Source: an uncultured Nitrososphaerota archaeon
GTDB lineage: Archaea; Thermoproteota; Nitrososphaeria; Nitrososphaerales; CADDZS01
Direction: 5' to 3'
Assembly: GCA_963799845.1 (NCBI GenBank)
Contig: CAWCYI010000004.1
Coordinates: 672,001 to 736,000 of the forward strand
DNA length: 64,000 nt
The translations under genes were made by a program, and so were the position numbers. The number at the start of each line of letters is the position of its first letter. Position 1 is the first letter of the stretch. Shown one piece after another: positions 21,573-31,073 of the stretch. The notes under the pieces were generated by a model. That model saw nothing but the letters and a program-made list of their open reading frames with translations, ran no database searches and was not told the DNA's origin.

Positions 21573-21620
21573 TTGCTGGTCAAGGTATATGTTTGAGTCT
21601 CTACGAATCATTAGGGTGCC

Positions 21621-21845
21621 TTGGATAGAATGACCGTTACTGTGGTTTCATACGAGCTTGAGTTTCCTGCACGATCAGGAACGACGTTTCATTTTATCCG
21701 ATCAGTTATATGGATTCTTTTGAAGGCCAAATGGGATTTTCTTTGGCACAAAAGAGCACACCCTTATGTCAAATCTGAGTCTAAAACAAGTTTCAATAAC
21801 AGAAGGTGGGATGCATATCTTTTCCTATCAAACGACATTCGATGA
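21621..21845 (+). CDS. AT-rich hypothetical protein
   Basis: 74-aa ORF co-oriented with the preceding one; no motif recognised. Confidence 0.35.
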   Translation: MDRMTVTVVSYELEFPARSGTTFHFIRSVIWILLKAKWDFLWHKRAHPYVKSESKTSFNNRRWDAYLFLSNDIR

Positions 21846-22088
21846 GTCTATGGCAGACTATGAGCCTGATCCATACGATATGGCTATGGAGACAACAGTC
21901 TGAATTTCATCTACCATGTCCCATCAATAGAAAAGCTCAGAATTCGTAGACATGCTTACGAAATTAGACCCAAAGATGCCTTTTGGAGGAGTAAAAAAAG
22001 TCGGGTATTGGTTGGGAGCCGTCGAGCTTTGGACTGCAAGAATTCGTTAACGCAAAGTCGGTGAACATTTACGGAATCGGTCAGAAGA

Positions 22089-23096
22089 CTAGCATCGGTT
22101 TGGATAGGTCTCATTCAGCAGATCCTGGAGTAGAGTGTACGCGATATTTCCTCCGCTTATCACGAGTCCAATCTTCTCTCCAGATTTAGGCTTGTAGGCC
22201 CCGCTGAGCAGCGCGGCTACCGGGGCAGCCCCCGATGGTTCTGCTAGAATATGCGAGTCAAAGAGGAGAGACTTTACCGCAGCCTTCATTGATTCATCAG
22301 AGACCAGCACAACGTCGCTCACGTATTTCTTGCAAATCTCAAAGTTCGTTGTTCCGATTGTCTGACCCAATAGTCCATCGGCGATAGTTCGTGGTTCCTT
22401 TACAGTAAAGAGCTCCTTCCTCCTGATTGATTCGTAAAGAGATGGCACACCAGTCGCCTCTACTCCAATCACTTTGCAATTAGGCAAAGACTCCTTGATT
22501 GCGATAGATATCCCCGAAATCAAACCGCCTCCACCCACAGGTACTATGACTGTATCGAGATCTCCTCTCTCCTCCAACATCTCAAGGCCACAGGTCCCCT
22601 GACCGGCGATTATCGAGGGATCGTCAAACGGATGTATGAAAAATCTTCCAGATTCTCTAGACACTTCTCTGGCTTTCGATATGATCGAATCCGATGTAGG
22701 GCCGTCTTCGAAAACTTTTGCCCCGTAAAGTTTGATCATTTTCACCTTGTCCGGATTGGCACCTTTCGTCACTACTACCAGACAATCCACACCCAATATT
22801 TTTGAGGAGTAAGCGACCGACAGCCCGTGATTGCCAGATGAAGCTGTTACAACTCCACTCTTTTGGATGGAAGAAAGGTTCTCCAGCTCTATGTTGAAAG
22901 CTCCTCTGATTTTAAATACGCCAGTAGGTTGGTAACACTCCAGCTTCAGAAAAACATCTGCCCCAAACAGTTGGCTGAGATACAAATTGGGATAGAATGG
23001 AGTCCTGAAAATGTGATTCTTAATTCGGTCGCGAGCTTTTTCCACGTCGGCAAGTGAAATGGTTGAACTCAGTGAATTTTCGGATCTTACTGACAA
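22089..23096 (-). CDS. Threonine/serine dehydratase, second paralogue
   Basis: VFKIRGA, ASSGNHG, PVGGGGLISG, AEPSGA, SGGN. Confidence 0.93.
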   Translation of the reverse strand: MSVRSENSLSSTISLADVEKARDRIKNHIFRTPFYPNLYLSQLFGADVFLKLECYQPTGVFKIRGAFNIELENLSSIQKSGVVTASSGNHGLSVAYSSKILGVDCLVVVTKGANPDKVKMIKLYGAKVFEDGPTSDSIISKAREVSRESGRFFIHPFDDPSIIAGQGTCGLEMLEERGDLDTVIVPVGGGGLISGISIAIKESLPNCKVIGVEATGVPSLYESIRRKELFTVKEPRTIADGLLGQTIGTTNFEICKKYVSDVVLVSDESMKAAVKSLLFDSHILAEPSGAAPVAALLSGAYKPKSGEKIGLVISGGNIAYTLLQDLLNETYPNRC

Positions 23097-23227
23097 GAAA
23101 TGAAGTCTCTCGAATCTATCAGGAATCTTCGAACACTGTATTTATTGATTCGCGGGAGCTTATGAAATTTGGAAATTGATTAGAGGCCCGCGTCAATTTT
23201 TTGATCTGGGCTATCCTAGAATCGTCT

Positions 23228-26200
23228 TCATTTCTTGCGCATTTTGGTCGGCCACCAGTTCAGTCTCTGAGCCAGTCCCATCAGAGACGGAACGAAAAAC
23301 AGTATGACGATAAGAACATCAATCATAATCGCCGACGCTACTGCAAGACTAATCTCCTGAAATACCGCAATTCCCGTGATGAGCAGCGAACCGAATACTG
23401 TCGAGAGGACCAAGCCTAGGCCGAGGATTGTTACCCACACCCTGTCGACTGCGGTGACGATGGCTTCGTTATCGGTTTTACCTTTGAGCACTTCTTCGCG
23501 AATCCTGGTGACGAAAAATATGTCGTAATCTATACCCACGCCAAGCATTGTGACCACCACGAACAGCGGGGCGAAGTCGAGGATTGGAAGATTCAACAAG
23601 TGATAGAATACGATCGAAATAATTGTGAGCGAGAAAACCACGCTGCAGAGAACCGTGAATATCAGTCGGAGAGGAGTGAATGCCGATCTCAGCTGAGCGA
23701 ACAATATGACGTAAACTGCCGCAGCCAGGATCAGAATTACTTCAGGTAGTAGACCGTTAAGGAATGACTCGCTATCGTATGTGCTTTGCGTGTCGCCGCC
23801 AAAGTAAAGTGCTTCTCCTTTCGAGGATGGAACGTTCTCCACATTTTTCTCAATTTGTTGCAGAGTGGAAATTGCAGCCGCACTTTCTGATGGGCTAGAA
23901 ATTCCAACAATAATCAGGGCTGTCTTGTTGTCCTTACCAATCTGTGAGATCATTCCGCCGAGATATTGCGCTCTAAGCGCCGCAGAGAAATTGTTCACCC
24001 CAGAATAGTTGAAAGGATCACCGAAGGGTCGTGTGGGACCGACAAGATTGGTCACTCCACTCGTGTTTGCGGCTGCGCTTGAAATCTGCTCGATTTGATT
24101 TAGGATTGTTTGATTGAATTGGTTATCGCTGTACGTAATGGGAGTCGGAGTGGTCAAGATAATTGTCATCGGGGCGATGGTCCCGCTGCCGAGACTGTTA
24201 GTGATGACCGTAAGCGCTTGATTGCTGGGAAAGTTTGGAATGAGTTTGAGAAAATCTGCTCCGACCGGAGTGGTATACGTAGTATACAAAGCCCCCAGAG
24301 CTATCACACTTATGACAGACGCGATTATGATTTTTCTATGGAGGGTTCCTCGCGCCAATTTATCAAGCCTGCTTGGGCCACTGCTCTTTTTCATATGCCT
24401 TGCCAATCCGGGCCAGAAGATCCTGTCCTTGAGCGAAAGCTCAATTGCTGGAAGAAGAGTCAGAGAAGCGGCGAGGAGAATTGAAACGCCTAATGCTATT
24501 GCGGTGCCGACATCGCTGAATATAGGGACGTTTGCAACGGCCATCACTACGTATGCTACGATCACGGTGATTCCCGCCGTAAGAACAGCCTGGCCTGCCC
24601 ACTTTACAGAAATGGCAACGCTATCTTCGGTCGATTTGCCATTGAGTCGCTCTTCTCTGGTCCTCCTCATCTGGAGAACGGCGTAGTCGACCGCGAGACC
24701 GAGGACTAGGAGTATCGTGAGCGTCGGAGTCAGGAACGAAATATTTCCGTTTCCGATCTTTATGATTGCGAGATAGATAACAGAGAGCGCAATTGAAATC
24801 GAGATGCCGCCCATCAGAATTGGGATTAACGCGGCGACGGGCGAAAGAAATAGCAAGGCAACAATTAGAATCGATATTGCAATTCCGGGGCCTATAGTGA
24901 TAGAGAGAGCTGGAGTAAAGGCGTTCTGAAGATCCAGAGAAACTACTGACGAACCCGTGACGTAGGTCGTCCCCAGTCCGTGAAGATCAGATTTTTGAAC
25001 GTCGGATTTGATCTGCTGAATCGCAGCCGGGCTCGGCTGGTATGAGAAATTGAAAATTATGATCATAGTGGAATTGTCCTTGCTGACCAAGCTCTGAGTA
25101 ATTGCTCGAGTGGGAACGTATGGATAATCCAAGTATGCTTGATTCGATATTTCGTTGTTGATTGCTTCATGAATTTCAGTTGTCGAAGCGTTAGCGGAAA
25201 GACCTGCCAGTAAGTTCCCCAGAGACGTACCGTTTACCTTGAACAACGGCGAATTGAATAATACGACTTGAGTAGCATTTCCTGTGAATGAGGATGCAAG
25301 TTTCCATAGCGCGCTCGAGGTGAAAGAGCTCCCAAGATTGTAAGCTGCAATCACGAGCTGCGAAGGGGTGAAGCCGATCCCAGAACTTGTACTTGTGTTT
25401 TTTGACAGACTTGCTTCGAACAACGAAATGGTGTAGTTTGAAAGTACCGACGCTGAGGGCGATGGGCCGAATTGATAAATGTTCGAGACCAGTTGTTTAG
25501 GCATTATGCCCAGTGAGGATGATAGTTGGGGCGGGATGCCAGAAGCAATTGTCGAGATGGTCAAGTTTGAAATTGAACTTGTCATGTTCCAGTTCGAATC
25601 ATTCAAGCCCGTTGAAACTAGACCGATGATCTGGGCAGTTTGTGAGTTAATGCCTGGACTACTCGAGAGTACTGAAACGGCACTCTGAATTGCCTTAGAC
25701 TCGCGGGCAAGGGGGGTCGTTGAATTTGGTAGAGTCTGGAACGTTGCGTTCCAAGCCCTGAAAAAGACCGCGTAATATACGATAGATTCCGCACTACCGC
25801 CAAAGTTAGCTGTCTCTTTGTAAATCGTAGAATTCGCGATAGAGTTTGCTGCGAAGGGATTTGTGATCCCTTGAGCTTGAGCACCCATCCAGATCTGAAC
25901 GAAACTCGATGGGATTCCGTAGATCAATTCAGCGCTCTGGTTTATGCCATTCTGAAGCTGAAACAAATCCGTGCTTAACGAAGATAGGTTTGACTGAACA
26001 GAGTACATTCCCTTGTTCAGGCTGGCAATGTTGGATTCTAGACTGCCAACCTGTAGAAGCAGACTTGGCAGGGATGAATTCAGTATTCCGTATTCGGTCG
26101 AATAGACGCTGTCCATGCCGGTGTAGTTGCCAATGTTCTTGTCACCGGCAATAGTGGTGTTGAGGGCGAATACACTATTTTTGACCGAGTTGGAAAAAAC

Positions 26201-26461
26201 GTTACTCCCCTGAAACACTACTAGAATACTTGTTGTACTCCCATTACTAGAGCCGGGGAATTCTGTGCTCAGAATGTTTGCCGCTTTCACCGATTCAGAG
26301 TTGGTTGGACCACTGCCGCCGGTGATATTGTACGAAACTGACGAAAAAAGTCTCGGAATGAATACTAGGGAAATCCCGAGAGCTACGACCCATGCCAGAA
26401 TGATCCAGCGACGTCTTCGTCTGATGAAGGTATTGAGAGCGTCAAAGCGGGAAACTGACAA
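23228..26461 (-). CDS. MMPL family (RND) transporter with a long Ser/Asn-rich extracellular insertion
   Basis: GLAVDYA...RTREE and GVGIDYDIFFVTRIREE motifs, about 12 TM segments. Confidence 0.92.
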   Translation of the reverse strand: MSVSRFDALNTFIRRRRRWIILAWVVALGISLVFIPRLFSSVSYNITGGSGPTNSESVKAANILSTEFPGSSNGSTTSILVVFQGSNVFSNSVKNSVFALNTTIAGDKNIGNYTGMDSVYSTEYGILNSSLPSLLLQVGSLESNIASLNKGMYSVQSNLSSLSTDLFQLQNGINQSAELIYGIPSSFVQIWMGAQAQGITNPFAANSIANSTIYKETANFGGSAESIVYYAVFFRAWNATFQTLPNSTTPLARESKAIQSAVSVLSSSPGINSQTAQIIGLVSTGLNDSNWNMTSSISNLTISTIASGIPPQLSSSLGIMPKQLVSNIYQFGPSPSASVLSNYTISLFEASLSKNTSTSSGIGFTPSQLVIAAYNLGSSFTSSALWKLASSFTGNATQVVLFNSPLFKVNGTSLGNLLAGLSANASTTEIHEAINNEISNQAYLDYPYVPTRAITQSLVSKDNSTMIIIFNFSYQPSPAAIQQIKSDVQKSDLHGLGTTYVTGSSVVSLDLQNAFTPALSITIGPGIAISILIVALLFLSPVAALIPILMGGISISIALSVIYLAIIKIGNGNISFLTPTLTILLVLGLAVDYAVLQMRRTREERLNGKSTEDSVAISVKWAGQAVLTAGITVIVAYVVMAVANVPIFSDVGTAIALGVSILLAASLTLLPAIELSLKDRIFWPGLARHMKKSSGPSRLDKLARGTLHRKIIIASVISVIALGALYTTYTTPVGADFLKLIPNFPSNQALTVITNSLGSGTIAPMTIILTTPTPITYSDNQFNQTILNQIEQISSAAANTSGVTNLVGPTRPFGDPFNYSGVNNFSAALRAQYLGGMISQIGKDNKTALIIVGISSPSESAAAISTLQQIEKNVENVPSSKGEALYFGGDTQSTYDSESFLNGLLPEVILILAAAVYVILFAQLRSAFTPLRLIFTVLCSVVFSLTIISIVFYHLLNLPILDFAPLFVVVTMLGVGIDYDIFFVTRIREEVLKGKTDNEAIVTAVDRVWVTILGLGLVLSTVFGSLLITGIAVFQEISLAVASAIMIDVLIVILFFVPSLMGLAQRLNWWPTKMRKK

Positions 26462-26583
26462 GGGAAAAAGTTCACTCTGTACTTTTTCGCTTTTTTACAT
26501 AATATATACTAGACTGATGGCATTTGCTTTCCTACGAGCTTCAGGAAAAGGTCTTTCGATGGTTGCCAGAATCTCGAATTGTT

Positions 26584-26778
26584 TCAGATCCCGGACTCAG
26601 ATTCGGTCCCTTTTGAACGAGCAATTGTTCTAGCCGATCGAGCTTTCCAAGTATAGTATACTATAACCCCGACGAGAAGTATTAGTCCGAGGAGTATCGA
26701 TACAAAGAGAGTTATCAAAATAGATACGATGATAAGGATGTAAAAGGTTAGGCGGCCCGGAGGTCTTGGATTTTGCAA
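26584..26778 (-). CDS. Small membrane protein
   Basis: Long hydrophobic stretch with a basic tail. Confidence 0.55.
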   Translation of the reverse strand: MQNPRPPGRLTFYILIIVSILITLFVSILLGLILLVGVIVYYTWKARSARTIARSKGTESESGI

Positions 26779-26966
26779 TTTGATCTATTCAGATACAACG
26801 GCTTTACAATCGTCGTGTCGATAATAACATATCTATGTTGGCCAGATTCATGTAACTTGTGTCTCTAGCTAGTTGACTAAATACCTGATTTTCTTTGGAG
26901 AAAAACCTTTCCCGTCAGGGTGAGAGGTCAATCGTCAGGATGCGAAGGACGGGATCTTCTTGGATG

Positions 26967-27128
26967 TTATCTGAGGTCTCCGTACTTTATTCGGCCTAGA
27001 ATCTCCCGGCAGATGTGACAGCCGCAATTTGCGAGGGCTGATTTGAAACCTATCTTCGCAATGTTCCCAAGGGAATCGAATATGATCATTGCTTGATCTA
27101 CTCGCTCATCGGGTAACTCTAACTCCAT
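26967..27128 (-). CDS. Possible 53-aa protein with a CxCxxC motif
   Basis: MELELPDERVDQAMIIFDSLGNIAKIGFKSALANCGCHICREILGRIKYGDLR; below the ORF-track cutoff. Confidence 0.45.
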   Translation of the reverse strand: MELELPDERVDQAMIIFDSLGNIAKIGFKSALANCGCHICREILGRIKYGDLR

Positions 27129-27254
27129 CAATTGGGCAATGTTTAGGCCTTCAATTCTTAAGGCGGTTATGAGCGTCGCCTCTTAATTATGAAGCAGTAA
27201 TATGGATCTGTACCTTGCTTAAAGCGTTGAGAGTGCCCATTGGCTTTAGAATAT

Positions 27255-28193
27255 TCATCTGTTATTCTGCTGAAGAATATAATATCCAGGATTGTTTTCG
27301 AAGGTCGTCTTGCAGCTCTCGCTGCAAAAATACGCTTTCTGACCGCCTAAGGAGGAAAAATATTCAGAGGATTCATCTACGGTCATTCCACAGACCGGAT
27401 CGACGAACACGGCTTTTCGGGTCTCTGAACTATTTACGACGTCTGTTTGGGGGACCGAAGTTGGATTCATCGTTCTCGAAATTTCGACTATCTCAGCCAT
27501 TATGCTTAGAGCTATTTCTTCCGCAGTTATTGATCTGATATAGATACCCGCAGGAGCCTTTATTCGGGACAGCGCGTCCACGGATAGTCCGGAAGACCTG
27601 AGGTAGGCGAGAACTTCAGTGGCCCGTTTCTTTCCCGCCACGATTCCAATGTAATGGACATCTAGTTCCGCAAGTTTTTCGGCATACTCCTGATCTCTTT
27701 CACCCATCGTTGCAATGACTGCAAATGTGTTTCTAGAATTGAAGCTCTTCTCCAAATCCTCCATCGATTTCAGAATAACATCCGCGTCCGGGAATCTTTC
27801 TTTCGTGGCCGTCCTGTCAATGATCGTCACGTTGAAATTAAGGGATTTTGCAAGTCCAGAGAGAGCGCTCGCGATCGGAACGTGCCCAAAAATCAATAGC
27901 TTCCTCTTTGGAAGATAAGGCTCCAGATAAACAGCCATGGTGCCCCCTTGGCACGTTGTCAAATCCAAAGTTCGGGAAGTACCTTCCTTGAGACATTCTA
28001 TAGCATTCGTTACGATTTCATTTTCAGTACAGTGACCTCCAACCCATCCCTCAATTGAGCCGTCTGAAAGGATGATTGCCTTATTCCCGGCTTTGATTGC
28101 AGTGGGACCGTTCGTCCTCAAGACCCCGACAACGACGAACGGAATGTCTTCAGAACCGAGCTCAAGCTGCCTGAGCAACAAGTCGTGCGTCAT
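27255..28193 (-). CDS. coxF: CoxF/XdhC family protein with a C-terminal YHS domain
   Basis: GWVGGHC, CQGGTMAVYLEP, PAGI...AEEIALSIMAEIV; tail DPVCGMTVD...YFCSESCK. Confidence 0.88.
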   Translation of the reverse strand: MTHDLLLRQLELGSEDIPFVVVGVLRTNGPTAIKAGNKAIILSDGSIEGWVGGHCTENEIVTNAIECLKEGTSRTLDLTTCQGGTMAVYLEPYLPKRKLLIFGHVPIASALSGLAKSLNFNVTIIDRTATKERFPDADVILKSMEDLEKSFNSRNTFAVIATMGERDQEYAEKLAELDVHYIGIVAGKKRATEVLAYLRSSGLSVDALSRIKAPAGIYIRSITAEEIALSIMAEIVEISRTMNPTSVPQTDVVNSSETRKAVFVDPVCGMTVDESSEYFSSLGGQKAYFCSESCKTTFENNPGYYILQQNNR

Positions 28194-28231
28194 CGGAAAT
28201 CTTCCAGAAATTAGGTTCGTTGAAGTATAAA

Positions 28232-29485
28232 TCAGTTGTCGATTGCCGGCCTCGTTTGGATCATTGATTTACGAGCTCCATCTTGTCTAGAGGCAGTTCC
28301 GAAAACGCTCCTGAACTTGTTTCTGTCGAAGAATATGTCTATGCCGGCGAAAACGTCGACGAGGGGGAGGGCAATTTTCATTCCTTCAGCTAAAGGCCGA
28401 TAATCGGGACTATCAGCCTGCGGATTCAGCCAGACCACTCTCCTTACCTGACGACCTATTCCCCGCAACCCATTCCTGAAAGTGTCGAGATCGCCCAATT
28501 CCCAACCGTCGCTTATTATGACGAAGACAGTGGAGGATCGAAGAACCCCCGAATATTTCAAAAGAAGTTCCATGAAAGCAGATCCGATTCGCGTCCCGCT
28601 GCTCCAGCTATCGACGTTCCTTGAAATGAGATCTGAAGATTCCCTCAGAGACTTTCCCTGCAGATATCTGTTCAGAGGTACTACTCTAGTACTGAATCCG
28701 AAGATGGTTGACCCGCGGATCGTATTGCTCATATGGTACACGATCTTGAGAATCTGGTTGCTGTAAATATCCATAGAACCGCTAATATCGCACAGGACGA
28801 CGATTCTAGATTTTGAGATCTTTTTCGATCTGAGTTCGATCTCAATTTCTCGGCCGCCTGTTTTCAAACTAGTTCTGAGCGTCCGTCGGAAATCAAGCTC
28901 ACGACCTTCGTACATTCCATAGCGCCGCCCCGGCAAAGTCGCGGTTACTCTTGCAAAACTTCTCAATCCGCGTTTTAGACGGAGTCTGTCCTTCGCTTCG
29001 TTCAGCTCGGCGAAACTTTTGCGGCTCTGCGTTTCAAGTGGGCTGTAAACTGCAAGAATTTTGTTATCCAGGTCGGCGCCCGGAGCTGCTGACTGGAACA
29101 TGCTTCCGGCGGTGACTCTTCCCCTGCCTATCCGGTTGGAATTTGGAGATTTTAGTGATCTCTCAATTTTTTCTCGTGGTAGACTAACCCTACCTAGAGG
29201 ATTTCTTCTTCCGGCTTTTGGATCAAGCCAGAACGTTCTGAAGAGAGTCTCAAACCGTTCGTAATCTTCAGACCTCTTCACAAGGGTTGTTCGGAGTACC
29301 GTGCGAAAGTCTTCCAATTTCGAAAGATCGGTTATCGGGATCGCTTCAGCCATATCTAGAGTCTCCGACGGAGTCACTTCGAACGATTCCATGCGAAGAA
29401 GCTGACTGAATCGAACGAGCCGATTCAAAAAAGGCACTTCTTGTTCGACCTTTGAATTAACTTCGTCAGAAAGATCAGCGGTCAT
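28232..29485 (-). CDS. coxE: CoxE VWA-domain protein
   Basis: LCDISGSM MIDAS motif, FSTR, WSSGTRIG, ISDGWE, WLNP. Confidence 0.93.
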   Translation of the reverse strand: MTADLSDEVNSKVEQEVPFLNRLVRFSQLLRMESFEVTPSETLDMAEAIPITDLSKLEDFRTVLRTTLVKRSEDYERFETLFRTFWLDPKAGRRNPLGRVSLPREKIERSLKSPNSNRIGRGRVTAGSMFQSAAPGADLDNKILAVYSPLETQSRKSFAELNEAKDRLRLKRGLRSFARVTATLPGRRYGMYEGRELDFRRTLRTSLKTGGREIEIELRSKKISKSRIVVLCDISGSMDIYSNQILKIVYHMSNTIRGSTIFGFSTRVVPLNRYLQGKSLRESSDLISRNVDSWSSGTRIGSAFMELLLKYSGVLRSSTVFVIISDGWELGDLDTFRNGLRGIGRQVRRVVWLNPQADSPDYRPLAEGMKIALPLVDVFAGIDIFFDRNKFRSVFGTASRQDGARKSMIQTRPAIDN

Positions 29486-30408
29486 TTCGGAGACTCTTCA
29501 AGGATGTTTCTGAGTCTTTCCTCGTCGAAAAGAGCGAATTCATCCGAATTTTTCAGTATGCAACTGAGAGTCTGTCTCGCCACAACGGGAGTTAGTCGAT
29601 TTTCTCCCAGGACTTGTAAAGCGGAAGCCCAGTCCAGTGTCTCGGAAGTTCCCGGCTTACGAATCACATCTTCGGACGAGCGTATTTTTTCTACGGCCGC
29701 AACGACATCCTGAGCAAGTTTTTCTTCGATCCCTGGAACTTTCAATTTCACTATTGCCAGCTCCTTCTCGAAAGATGGATATGACAGATATAGGTAGAGA
29801 CAGCGGCGTCTCAGGCCGTCGCCGAGCTCGCGAGTGTGGTTGGAAGTGATGATAATTATTGGGCGATGTTTTGTCTTAAATGTCCCAAGCTCTGGAACAG
29901 TCACTTGAAACTCGGCAAGGAGCTCGAGTAGAAATCCCTCGAATTCTTCGTCTGCCCTATCTATTTCGTCGATGAGTAAGACCGGCGGAAGGCTACCCTC
30001 GTCGAGTACGGCGTCAAGAAGTGGGCGCTTCAATAGAAATCTTTCGCCGAAAATCTCTTGCTCTAACTTATCGGGAGATGACTTCTGCTCTTCGATCCTT
30101 ATGTGCAGAAGCTGTCTCAAGTAATCCCATTCATAGATCGTTGAATTCGCGTCCAAGCCTTCGTAGCACTGCAAACGAATGAGCCTGGTACCCAGTCCCT
30201 CGCTAAGAACCTTCGCAATCTCAGTCTTTCCACATCCAGGATCTCCTTCGATCAACAATGGCTTGCGCAGTTTCAAGGAGAGAAAAACAGCCATTGCTAT
30301 CTGGGGGTCTGCGACATACTTAGCTTTCTCGAAAAGTCGCGTCAGATCTTCAATGGTTTCAATCCCGATAGTTTGATCGGGCCTATTCACAGGACTCCCT
30401 ACTTGCAA
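29482..30408 (-). CDS. coxD: CoxD MoxR-type AAA+ ATPase
   Basis: EGDPGCGKT, RLQCYEGLD, LLIDEIDRADEEFE, LRRRC. Confidence 0.94.
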   Translation of the reverse strand: MQVGSPVNRPDQTIGIETIEDLTRLFEKAKYVADPQIAMAVFLSLKLRKPLLIEGDPGCGKTEIAKVLSEGLGTRLIRLQCYEGLDANSTIYEWDYLRQLLHIRIEEQKSSPDKLEQEIFGERFLLKRPLLDAVLDEGSLPPVLLIDEIDRADEEFEGFLLELLAEFQVTVPELGTFKTKHRPIIIITSNHTRELGDGLRRRCLYLYLSYPSFEKELAIVKLKVPGIEEKLAQDVVAAVEKIRSSEDVIRKPGTSETLDWASALQVLGENRLTPVVARQTLSCILKNSDEFALFDEERLRNILEESPK

Positions 30409-30639
30409 TCTTCCAACCTATCCCTCCTCGAGCCATACCAATAGTATCATTCACGTTGTTCTAGAAAAATCTTCTATTTCAGTGGGACATGACTTTATCG
30501 GTTCTCCTTCAGCTCGAGCCCTCCATAGGGTTAGCATGTAGACGCAGTCAAAAACTTGTGAATGCTCGTCACGATAGTTTTATTCGCCTGTAGCCAATCG
30601 AACAGGCTTCGCTGACAAACGGGACGCCGCCAGCAATTT

Positions 30640-31005
30640 TGACCATAACAGCATGTTCAAGTCTACTTATCGGTTATTGAGTAGCGGCATTGTTAACTTG
30701 GTGCAAACATCATTGTTAACTTGAATGAAACATTGCGTGCTCGTTCTGTCTGCTCTTTGCAGATGTGCTCGATTCGTTCGTGATCTGAGTATCTTCGTTT
30801 TCGGATGTCAAACTGATGTCGTAACCATGTTGCGGGTGACAATGATTTAATGTTTAGTGAACGTTCACAATGATGTCAACCGGATAATATCGCCAAGTTG
30901 TTTCAATAACAACATGGAGTATTGTCATGTTGTCAATGATGTTGATTATGATGTTGTCAAGCATGTTAATTGGCATGAACGTGGACAACACTGGTATGTT
31001 GACGC
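30640..31005. repeat. Non-coding array of ATGTT/ATGTC-type motifs
   Basis: CATTGTTAACTTG at 30688 and 30711; palindrome GTGAACGTTCAC at 30857-30868; ATGTT at 30927, 30939, 30951 and 30963 (12-bp period). Confidence 0.7.
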
Positions 31006-31073
31006 TGTCTTGTCTTTCTAGTGCGTCATCGCACTGACGGACGTCGCGCCGGTTGGTTTACCAGCCATACGTG

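Noticed and set aside
30927-31037. Met-rich ORF MLSMMLIMMLSSMLIGM..., considered as a copper-binding peptide
   Set aside because: It is a by-product of the 12-bp ATGTT repeat and has no other coding support.
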